A stretch of DNA of 64,000 nt. It comes from Bacteroidales bacterium. Lineage in GTDB: Bacteria > Bacteroidota > Bacteroidia > Bacteroidales > VadinHA17. How positions within the stretch are numbered: position 1 is the first letter of the stretch; each line of letters begins with the position of its first letter. The stretch covers positions 1,530 through 65,529 of the forward strand of contig JBBSAP010000001.1 of the NCBI GenBank assembly GCA_038252165.1, written 5' to 3'. Positions 7,535 through 15,511 of the stretch are shown in pieces. Both the position numbers and the translations under genes were made by a program. The notes beneath the pieces are model-generated. The model was not told where the DNA came from. It did no database searches and saw only the letters and a list, made by a program, of their open reading frames with translations.

Positions 7535-9562
7535 ATGAAATCCACCCATCACGGATCACGTCGGCAAAGGATCATATTGTATTATGCCCTGGCTGTGGTG
7601 CTACCAGGCATTTTACTGGGTTATATGGCCTACCGTGGTATTCGTAATGACCAGGCACTGCGCGAGAAGGAGAGCCTGAGAAAGCTTGAAATTAACAGTC
7701 AGGTTTTTTTTACTGCAATTGATTCAAGTATTGTTAATTTCTTGAATGAACAGACAGCTGATTCGATGCTTTCCAATTCCAAACCTGGCGATTCTTCAAT
7801 ACTTGTATTTTTTGTCAAAGACTCAAGCGGTTTAAAAAGACTTATAACTCATCAACTGCTTTATCTCCCTGCTGAACTGCTTACTATTGAAACTGAGCAG
7901 CTAAGTACTCCGACCAATATGAAAGAAGGTCTCAGACTGGAGTTTACAGAGCGCAGATACCCGGAAGCATTCAGATTTTATCAGGATAAGATCCTCAAAA
8001 CAACTAATCCTGCTGAAAAAATCCAGGCACTGATAGCTTCGGCCCGGTTGTATAACAAAATGAACCAGCCTGACCGGGCCAAACGCCTATACGATGAGAT
8101 CCGGAAAGATTATCCCAGAAGCCTTCTTAACGGAGAAATACCACTCGGACTTATTTCCACTCTGGAAATTCTGAAGATCAGCAAGGACAGGGGAGAAAAG
8201 GACGAAATGATGAACAATTCCCGGCAATATCTGGAGCTTCTACTTCACCCTCCTGGTGAATACGATAAAAATCAGTTTGACCTGTTTTACCAGTCTTTTA
8301 AAGAGATCATCCGGGAACCAGATCCGATTATTAATTCCCTCTTCAGGGAGCTTGATACTCAGAGGGCCCGTACTGATTATATTATCCAGATACTCATAAG
8401 ACCGGATTTTATCACAACTAATGGCAATAATGGATTCAAAAGTGGCAAAAATGGTATATCCGGTATGCCAATTAATTCATCCGAACTTGCCGCAGTGTAT
8501 TTATCACAGGACAAAAACAATGGCATACAAACAGATATGGTGATTGATTTCCCGGCTTACCTGAAATCCAGATTAGAAATATTAACGCAAAAACTTGATC
8601 CGGACTCTTCAATAAACTTAAAGATTGAAGACAACAACGGGAGACTTATTTTTTCCAGAGTCATTACTGGTGAAACCGGCTATCTTACTTTCCCATTTCC
8701 GGAAAATCTGCCCAAATGGGAACTACTTCTAAGCGAAAATAAGCCAGGGTTCATGGCAACGTTGTTTAAAGCGGGAAGCGGCATATATCTTTTAATCTTT
8801 ATTCTGATCGCACTCTTCATGCTGCTGGGTTTTGTATTTATCATATATACTCTCAACGTGGAACTCAGGCTGAACAAAATGAAATCGGAATTCATTTCCA
8901 ATGTATCGCACGAATTAAAAAGTCCGCTCACTTCCATCCGGATGATGACTGAAATGCTGCATCACAACCGTGTTGAGACGGAAGAGCGCAAATCGGCATA
9001 TTATTCAGTTATGCTGGAGGAAAGTGAACATCTCAGCCATTTAATAGAAAATATTCTGGATTTCTCAAGAATGGAGGATGACCGCAAGAAATACGATTTT
9101 ACCGATCTGGATCTGAATGAACTCATGGAGAAATTTCTTGAATCAATCCATGAAAGACTTACCGAATCAGGTTTTGATATCCAGTATAATCATCCTGACC
9201 GGATACCTTTAATCCAGGCTGACAAGGATTCCATTCTCCAGGTTATATATAATCTGGTGGACAATGCAATAAAATTCTCCGGGACATCCAGGCAAATTGA
9301 CATCAACCTGTTATCAAAAGATTATGAGTTGCAGCTTTGTGTGAAGGATTACGGAATTGGCATTCCCGGAAAAGATCAGGAAAAAATATTCGACCGGTTC
9401 TATCGCTCCGAAGAACCACAACGGATGGGAATCAAGGGAAGCGGAATAGGTCTGACTATTGTGAAAAAAATAACAGAAGCTCATAATGGGCAACTGACGG
9501 TTGAAAGCAGCCCGGGAAAAGGAAGCACGTTCACGGTCAGGATACCATTGTGTGGATTCTGA
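7535..9562 (+). CDS. Sensor histidine kinase, cassette 2
   Basis: Paralog of 1861-3993 (LPGILLGYMAYRGIRNDQALREKE vs IPCILLGYLAFRGIQNDQALLEKE). H-box SHELKSPLTSI, LVDNAIKFS, DYGIGI, GSGIGL. ATG at 7535 preferred over the tracked TTG at 7508. Confidence 0.9.
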   Translation: MKSTHHGSRRQRIILYYALAVVLPGILLGYMAYRGIRNDQALREKESLRKLEINSQVFFTAIDSSIVNFLNEQTADSMLSNSKPGDSSILVFFVKDSSGLKRLITHQLLYLPAELLTIETEQLSTPTNMKEGLRLEFTERRYPEAFRFYQDKILKTTNPAEKIQALIASARLYNKMNQPDRAKRLYDEIRKDYPRSLLNGEIPLGLISTLEILKISKDRGEKDEMMNNSRQYLELLLHPPGEYDKNQFDLFYQSFKEIIREPDPIINSLFRELDTQRARTDYIIQILIRPDFITTNGNNGFKSGKNGISGMPINSSELAAVYLSQDKNNGIQTDMVIDFPAYLKSRLEILTQKLDPDSSINLKIEDNNGRLIFSRVITGETGYLTFPFPENLPKWELLLSENKPGFMATLFKAGSGIYLLIFILIALFMLLGFVFIIYTLNVELRLNKMKSEFISNVSHELKSPLTSIRMMTEMLHHNRVETEERKSAYYSVMLEESEHLSHLIENILDFSRMEDDRKKYDFTDLDLNELMEKFLESIHERLTESGFDIQYNHPDRIPLIQADKDSILQVIYNLVDNAIKFSGTSRQIDINLLSKDYELQLCVKDYGIGIPGKDQEKIFDRFYRSEEPQRMGIKGSGIGLTIVKKITEAHNGQLTVESSPGKGSTFTVRIPLCGF

Positions 9563-9649
9563 AGTCCACAGTCCTCAGTCCTCAGTCTGCAGTCCATCTA
9601 GAGACTGCCTACTGCCGACTGAAGACTGCCGACTGGAGACTGGAGACTA
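9563..9649 (+). repeat. Heptad-repeat hairpin (CAGTCNN x5, apex CATCTAGAG, NNGACTG x7)
   Basis: Starts at the nucleotide after the HK2 stop codon and ends 27 nt before the RR2 ATG. Confidence 0.85.
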
Positions 9650-9675
9650 CTTAAAACCAAGATATTTATAAACCA

Positions 9676-10371
9676 ATGAAAAAGATCCTGATAATAGAGG
9701 ATGCCCGGAACATCCGGATGGCCCTGGAGGATGATTTTAAATTTGAAGGTTATCAGGTCGATGGTGCAGCCACAGGACCAGAAGGGCTCGAAAAGGCAAT
9801 GGACCTGAATCTCGATATTATCATTCTCGACCTGATGCTGCCGGAATTGAACGGACTGGAGATCTGTAAGGAATTGCGCCGTCGTAATATCGGAACTCCG
9901 ATTATCATGTTGACAGCAAAAAGCCAGGAATTCGACAAAGTGCTCGGGCTTGAGCTCGGGGCCGATGATTATATAACCAAACCATTCAGTATGTTCGAGC
10001 TCCATGCCCGTGTCAAAGCCTTGTTACGCCGCTCGGAGATAAGGAACCTGCAAACTGGTGCAGCAACAATACAGCTTGGCCCGTTTGAACTGGATCCTTC
10101 AAAATACCTTTTTACGAAAAACAGGGAACCGGTTCAGCTTACCACTATTGAATTTGCCCTTATGAAGCTTCTTATGCAGCATGCCGGACATGTAATCAAA
10201 CGGGATGATATTCTTCGGAGCGTCTGGGGTGAGGAAGTTTATGTCACACCAAGAACCGTGGATACCCATATTGCCAACCTGCGAAAAAAGATTGAGGATG
10301 ATCCGGAGCAATCGCACTGGATAACCGGCATACGTGGCGTGGGATATAAATTCAATCTGCATGAATCTTAA
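9676..10371 (+). CDS. OmpR/PhoB-family response regulator, cassette 2
   Basis: Receiver plus winged helix. Well over half of receiver positions are identical to RR1 by eye (LTAKSQE.DKVLGLELGADDY.TKPFS). Confidence 0.92.
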   Translation: MKKILIIEDARNIRMALEDDFKFEGYQVDGAATGPEGLEKAMDLNLDIIILDLMLPELNGLEICKELRRRNIGTPIIMLTAKSQEFDKVLGLELGADDYITKPFSMFELHARVKALLRRSEIRNLQTGAATIQLGPFELDPSKYLFTKNREPVQLTTIEFALMKLLMQHAGHVIKRDDILRSVWGEEVYVTPRTVDTHIANLRKKIEDDPEQSHWITGIRGVGYKFNLHES

Positions 10372-10413
10372 CCTGATCTTAACCAAACTTAACATGACTC
10401 CCATATGCTTAAC
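10367..10413 (+). promoter_or_regulatory. Four direct CTTAAC(C/A) repeats, candidate OmpR-type RR binding array
   Basis: CTTAAC at 10367, 10378, 10388 and 10408 (spacings 11, 10, 20 bp). The last repeat lies 40 nt upstream of the propeller-2 ATG. Confidence 0.35.
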
Positions 10414-10452
10414 ACTGGCAGGCGGTACCTTTATTAAAAAATAATTTACATC

Positions 10453-12435
10453 ATGAAGACACATTTGATATTAATTATTGCCCTTGTATTCCTGGCAGGA
10501 TCCCTTTCCGCCCAGGACAACAAGGCATCGGTAGCGCTTGCAGCAGCAATTTATGAGGAAGAAGTAATAGGCAACCTGGATAAGGCTGTAGAATTCTACC
10601 TGAATATTCTCAAAAAATATCCGGATGACCGCCCTGTGGCTGCTAAAACCCTGTATCATCTGGGATTAGTTAATGAAAAAATGGGTAAACAAAAAGCCAG
10701 AGAATATTTCACGCGTCTGGTAAACACATATCCAGATCAAACCGAAATGGCAACCCTTGGAAAGGCAAAGCTGGCCGCACTGGCGGGAGCTGAAGGTGCA
10801 TCGGAGAGTTCAAAATTGGCGGTTAGGAGGATCTGGGAAGGTGATATAACCGGTCAGGTGACACCCGACGGTCGTTTCTTGTCGTTTATGGACTGGGCGT
10901 CAGGCAGTCTTGCCATCCACGATCTCGCAACCAGCCAGAATCGACCTTTGGCCGACAAGGTCATGGCTGAGAACTCTGTACCTTCACCAGACAGCAAGAG
11001 TATTGCTTACAATCCGTACAATGATGATTACTCAAGCAACCTTTGTGTCGTCGGGCTTGATGGCTCGAAGCCGCGGATCCTTCACGCTGCAGGAGATGGA
11101 GTCTTATCACACATTCCTTTGGCATGGTCGCCTGACAGCAGACAACTGCTCGCTGAATACGTGAAGACCGACGGAAGCCGTGACATGATGATGGTAACCG
11201 TAGCTGACGGCTCAACGAGGCTGCTAAAGGCGACAGGAAAAGAATTCTCTCCTGGAGGAGTGTTCTCTCCCGACGGACGATACATCGCGTGGTCTACCAA
11301 GGAAGGAATTTCGCTGTTCGATCTTCTGACTGGAAAAGAATCGCTGCTAATACCGGATCAGTCGAACCATAAAGTCCTGGGCTGGGCACCAGACGGGAAA
11401 TACATTCTGTTCTCCAGCGAGCGATCTGGATCTGCCGATGCATGGCTGATCGAAGTAGCCGGTGGGAAAGCGCTGGGGGAACCGATATTCGTTAAGAAAA
11501 ATTGGGGCTTTTTACCAATGGGTTTCACAAAGTCGGGAGCTTTCTACTATGCGGTCAATAATAACATATGGGATATTAAAATTGCCGAACTCGATCCTGT
11601 AAGCGGAAAAGTTATCTCTCCACTTAGATCTGCATTCAAATATGGTAATATGCGAAGTCCTGACTGGTCTCCTGATGGACGCTCACTTGCAGGAATTGTT
11701 GCCAGCGAACCGAGCCAGGCGGTGATTATCCATTCAATGGATACAGGTGAGGAGCGAGAAATTCCGGTAGGTGGATGGATAATCGGGTTGGGTCAACTAC
11801 GGTGGATTCCTGACGGAAAGGCAGTAGTGGTTCCGGCATCTCATGCTGGGAAGGGAGATAACCTGATACGAATTGATATGGGAACAGGTCAGGTGACTTC
11901 TTTGATGACGCTTCCAGCATTGAGAGGTTGGGCAAACTTCAGATTTTCTCAGGATGGCAACATAATATACTACAACAGACCTGATTCTTCAAACATAAAA
12001 GAATCCGAACTTGTAGCCCACGATCTGCGTTCTGGCAAGGAGACAATAGTCACCGGAGAATCAGGCCTTATGTCGCCAGATGGACAGAAGCAACTAATAA
12101 CCTCGACTCTGGACGAAGACCAGTCTCAGGCGCTGCTCATCATCCCTGCTGGTGGGGGAGAGCCAAGGTTATTAATCAAATCCTTTTGGGGTTTACCATC
12201 GTGGACGCCAGATAGTCGATATATCTTTTTCTTAAAAGGTGTCCAAGGAAATAACAAGCAGTGGCAACTATGGCGGGTAGCAGCTGAGGGCGGAGAACCA
12301 GAGCCACTGGGGCTAAAAGTTACCGGTCAGCTAGCAGGATCCCTGAAGATTAGTCCCGATAGCCGCTGGGTAGTTATTGACGACGTCAGGGTAAACCTGG
12401 AGATGTGGGTAATGGAGAACTTCCTGCCGAAATAG
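10453..12435 (+). CDS. Secreted TPR + PD40/TolB-like beta-propeller repeat protein, cassette 2
   Basis: Signal peptide (..GSLSAQD). TPR YPDDRPVAAKTLYHLGLVNEKMG. SPDG/APDGK blades. C-terminus EMWVMENFLPK. Confidence 0.75.
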   Translation: MKTHLILIIALVFLAGSLSAQDNKASVALAAAIYEEEVIGNLDKAVEFYLNILKKYPDDRPVAAKTLYHLGLVNEKMGKQKAREYFTRLVNTYPDQTEMATLGKAKLAALAGAEGASESSKLAVRRIWEGDITGQVTPDGRFLSFMDWASGSLAIHDLATSQNRPLADKVMAENSVPSPDSKSIAYNPYNDDYSSNLCVVGLDGSKPRILHAAGDGVLSHIPLAWSPDSRQLLAEYVKTDGSRDMMMVTVADGSTRLLKATGKEFSPGGVFSPDGRYIAWSTKEGISLFDLLTGKESLLIPDQSNHKVLGWAPDGKYILFSSERSGSADAWLIEVAGGKALGEPIFVKKNWGFLPMGFTKSGAFYYAVNNNIWDIKIAELDPVSGKVISPLRSAFKYGNMRSPDWSPDGRSLAGIVASEPSQAVIIHSMDTGEEREIPVGGWIIGLGQLRWIPDGKAVVVPASHAGKGDNLIRIDMGTGQVTSLMTLPALRGWANFRFSQDGNIIYYNRPDSSNIKESELVAHDLRSGKETIVTGESGLMSPDGQKQLITSTLDEDQSQALLIIPAGGGEPRLLIKSFWGLPSWTPDSRYIFFLKGVQGNNKQWQLWRVAAEGGEPEPLGLKVTGQLAGSLKISPDSRWVVIDDVRVNLEMWVMENFLPK

Positions 12436-12457
12436 AAGAATAATAAGAGCATTCTAA

Positions 12458-12492
12458 GGGGTATAATGATTGGTTGTTGTGCCCCTTTCTTT
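12458..12492 (+). terminator. Rho-independent terminator after propeller gene 2
   Basis: GGGGTATAA - 10 nt - TTGTGCCCC then TTTCTTTT. The stem is kept by G-U wobbles relative to the 7409 copy. Confidence 0.55.
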
Positions 12493-12605
12493 TCGAAAAA
12501 ATGTACAAAATTATAAACTACTGAGTTTTACCCCATCGCTCCTGCCTTGCTACGCCGAAGCGGCTTCGCGAAGGCGCAGAAGGGGGGCTAACCAGTATCT
12601 TGAAT

Positions 12606-12631
12606 AAAGCCCCCATTAAGGGGTTGGGGGT
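12606..12631 (+). repeat. C5/G4-5 hairpin repeat element (AAAGCCCCC-ATTAA-GGGG-TT-GGGGGT)
   Basis: Same element family as 30823-30852 and 56228-56256. Overlaps the last codons and the stop of RR3. Confidence 0.6.
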
Positions 12632-13320
12632 AATTCTTTCAGGGAATTAAACCTGTAACCAATATCTCTCACACTTTCAATATACCTTGGTTTTGACGGA
12701 TTTTCTTCCAGTTTTTTTCTGAGATCAAGTATAAAATTATCTATTGTCCTCGTTGTGGGTATGGCTTCATAACCCCAGACTTCATTCAGAAGATCATGCC
12801 GGTGAACAGCCTCACCTTCATGTTTGATAAAATATTCCATTATTGCAAATTCCTTCCCTGATAATTTTATTTCATGATTTTCTCTGAAAGCCTTAAATTT
12901 TTTAAAATCAAGAGTTATATTTCCGAATGAATAATATTCAGGAATATCAGGTTCATCTTTTATTCTCCTGAAGGCAGCCCTTATCCTTGCCAAAAGCTCC
13001 GGCAGGCTGAAGGGTTTGGTAACATAATCATCTGCGCCAATATCGAGTCCCGAAACTTTATCCATTTCAGATCCGCGGGCAGTGATCATGATTATGGGTA
13101 GTTCAGGCTTTTCCTTTTTCATTTTCCTGCATATCTCGTACCCATTCATGCCTGGTAACATTATATCAAGTAATATAAGGTCAGTTTTTTTCTCAAGGGC
13201 GAGCTGCAGGCCTTTTTCCCCATTTGTTTCTGTAATAACAGTATAACCTTCGTATGTCAGGTTATCTTTCAATCCCCTGAGAATACTTATATCATCTTCA
13301 ATTATCAGGATTTTCTTCAT
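12616..13320 (-). CDS. OmpR/PhoB-family response regulator, cassette 3
   Basis: Receiver (LILLDIMLPGMNG, GADDYVTKPF) plus winged helix (IDNFILDLRKKLE, GYRF). Confidence 0.92.
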   Translation of the reverse strand: MKKILIIEDDISILRGLKDNLTYEGYTVITETNGEKGLQLALEKKTDLILLDIMLPGMNGYEICRKMKKEKPELPIIMITARGSEMDKVSGLDIGADDYVTKPFSLPELLARIRAAFRRIKDEPDIPEYYSFGNITLDFKKFKAFRENHEIKLSGKEFAIMEYFIKHEGEAVHRHDLLNEVWGYEAIPTTRTIDNFILDLRKKLEENPSKPRYIESVRDIGYRFNSLKELPPTP

Positions 13321-13343
13321 TAGTATTTGTTTGTATCTTAATC

Positions 13344-13447
13344 TAGTCCTCAGTCTTCAGTCTCCAGTCTCCAAATTGCCGACTGCCGACTGCCGACTGC
13401 CGACTGCCGACTGTAGACTGCCAACTGCGGACTGCCGACTGTGGACT
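13344..13447. repeat. Heptad-repeat hairpin between HK3 and RR3 (plus strand: CAGTCNN x4, apex AAATTGCC, GACTGNN x10)
   Basis: Cores at 13344-13369 and 13381-13447. In transcript (minus) sense the order is HK stop, CAGTC units, apex, GACTG units, RR start, as in cassettes 1 and 2. Confidence 0.85.
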
Positions 13448-15461
13448 ATTTTCCAACCAGAGGAATTCTGACTGTAAACCTGCTTCCTTTACCAACTTCG
13501 CTTTCAACATCTATCGTTCCGCCATGAGCTTCAATGATTTCTTTTACAACAGTTAATCCTAGTCCGGTTCCACTGATACTCGTTTTTTGCTCAATCCGGT
13601 AAAATGGTTCAAAAATCTGCGACATTTTTTCAGCAGGAATGCCGATGCCCCTGTCCTCAATCACAATGCATATGTCGTCTGTTTCTCTAAATAACCTGAT
13701 GAAGATCTTTTTTGCATCAGTCGAGTATTTTATGGCATTGCTTAATAGATTCTCAATCATCTGTTTCATTTTTTCGGGATCAACATCAGCAAAAATATTT
13801 TCATCCAGTTCAGTCACAACATCAAATTTTTCTTTTTCAAACCAGTAATTCATATCGTGCAAAGCTACTTTCAGGATGGAGGCCAGATTTGAATTGACAA
13901 AGTGATATTCCGGTTTGCCTTTTTCCATCTTTGAAAATTCCAGGATGTTGTTGATTATACGTTTCAAGCGGTCGCTTTCGTTCACAACCACTGAAAGATA
14001 TTCCTTTTGTATTGAGGCTGATTTTACCCTTCCCATAATAATTGATTCGGCATACATCCGGATTGAGGTCAGCGGTGTTTTTAATTCGTGAGTTACATTC
14101 GAGATAAAATCGGACCTTAAGCGTGCCAGGTATTTTTCCCTTGCGATATCTCTTAAAATCAATACTACTCCCAGGCACATGGCAACAAGCAGCAAAACAG
14201 AGGCAACACCGTAAATCCAGCTTCTGCGTTTTATTAAGTCGTTTACCAGATCTTCGCTACCAGGTTTTATTTCTATTTGTTGATTCGGAAACCAGGGATT
14301 CAGTTGTGAAGTATAAACAAGGTCATCACTGGTTGTATTTGATTTATATAACCCAGGCAGTTCAATTTGGTAATCAAATTCAAGACCAGATTGCAGGTGT
14401 GTTTTTAAGACAGCATCAAATAGTTTGTCACGATCGATTAAAAAACCTGCCGGATCTTTAAAATTTGTGTTGATCAGAAAAAATTTCTGACTGGTTCCTG
14501 AGCCAGAATTAACAACTTTAAAATCATTACCGGCAATAAAATGGTTATCTAAATTTCCTTTTTTCACAAGCTCTGACAGTTCATTCCCATATACATTGAT
14601 AAACTGAACCTGTTGTTTTATGCTGTTGATCATACTAACAATTCCATCTGAATTTGCCCTGGCGTTAAAATTATTTTCATTTAACCAATCTGACACTAGG
14701 GTCAGTAGTTCCTCTGTGCTAAAATTCAGGGGAATTAAACCTGTTTCCATTTTTTCAAGACAATTTTCAACAGCCGGCAGATTTTTTTCAGGTTTATCTG
14801 TTTTAGTTATTTTCAGAAGCTGTGGCAAAGCATAATAAACATAAGGAAATCCGTTTCCGTCTGTTGCATGGAAATAGTCAGATATAATGGCACTGTATGC
14901 GGAAATCGCATCTTCAACAGCATCAAGTTTTAATGAAATCCTCCCTAATGCATTTAATGCCTTGACTGAATCGCTGCTTCCGGTCGAATAACTCAGGCAT
15001 GATAAATAAAAATCTTTTGCCTTTCGTGGATTTTTTTCGGTAAATTCAGCTCTTTCTCCTGCACTGAAAGCAGAGATAAACCTTATTGAAAGTTTTAAAG
15101 CAGATGAATTTTCAGGTATCCCGATAAAATTCGGATATAAAAACTGACCGTTGTTGTTCAGGAGGAATGGCTGTATAATAAAATCATTTTCTACAGCTTT
15201 TTTGATCAATGAGTCGATCATTAAACCTGACTGCCCGATATTATTTTTTAAACCATCGGTTACTTTGCTAATTTTTTTTTCTACTGAGGCTGAAAACTTT
15301 GCTGAAAGTTCCCTCTGTTCCTCAAGGATTCTTTTTTCAGTTAGTTTTTTCAGGTTGGAAATGTTATTAATACTGAAGTAAGTTAATACGCTTCCAGAAA
15401 GGATTACAGCAAGGATAAAAATTATTGTAAGCCTCGAAGCAGGCATTATTTTATGGTTCAT
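13446..15461 (-). CDS. Sensor histidine kinase, cassette 3
   Basis: Two TM helices. H-box THELKTPLTSI, LLSNAIKYS, DRGIGI, GTGLGL. Confidence 0.88.
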   Translation of the reverse strand: MNHKIMPASRLTIIFILAVILSGSVLTYFSINNISNLKKLTEKRILEEQRELSAKFSASVEKKISKVTDGLKNNIGQSGLMIDSLIKKAVENDFIIQPFLLNNNGQFLYPNFIGIPENSSALKLSIRFISAFSAGERAEFTEKNPRKAKDFYLSCLSYSTGSSDSVKALNALGRISLKLDAVEDAISAYSAIISDYFHATDGNGFPYVYYALPQLLKITKTDKPEKNLPAVENCLEKMETGLIPLNFSTEELLTLVSDWLNENNFNARANSDGIVSMINSIKQQVQFINVYGNELSELVKKGNLDNHFIAGNDFKVVNSGSGTSQKFFLINTNFKDPAGFLIDRDKLFDAVLKTHLQSGLEFDYQIELPGLYKSNTTSDDLVYTSQLNPWFPNQQIEIKPGSEDLVNDLIKRRSWIYGVASVLLLVAMCLGVVLILRDIAREKYLARLRSDFISNVTHELKTPLTSIRMYAESIIMGRVKSASIQKEYLSVVVNESDRLKRIINNILEFSKMEKGKPEYHFVNSNLASILKVALHDMNYWFEKEKFDVVTELDENIFADVDPEKMKQMIENLLSNAIKYSTDAKKIFIRLFRETDDICIVIEDRGIGIPAEKMSQIFEPFYRIEQKTSISGTGLGLTVVKEIIEAHGGTIDVESEVGKGSRFTVRIPLVGK

Positions 15462-15511
15462 GAAAGTTTTATCGTTTTTCTGCTTATCTGGTCATTATTG
15501 TATTTATATGT

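Noticed and set aside
9598-10005. 135-aa minus-strand ORF antisense to RR2, ending in ..SLQSPVGSLQSAVGSL
   Set aside because: It is antisense to a well-supported response regulator gene, and its tail is a heptad-repeat translation. It is spurious.
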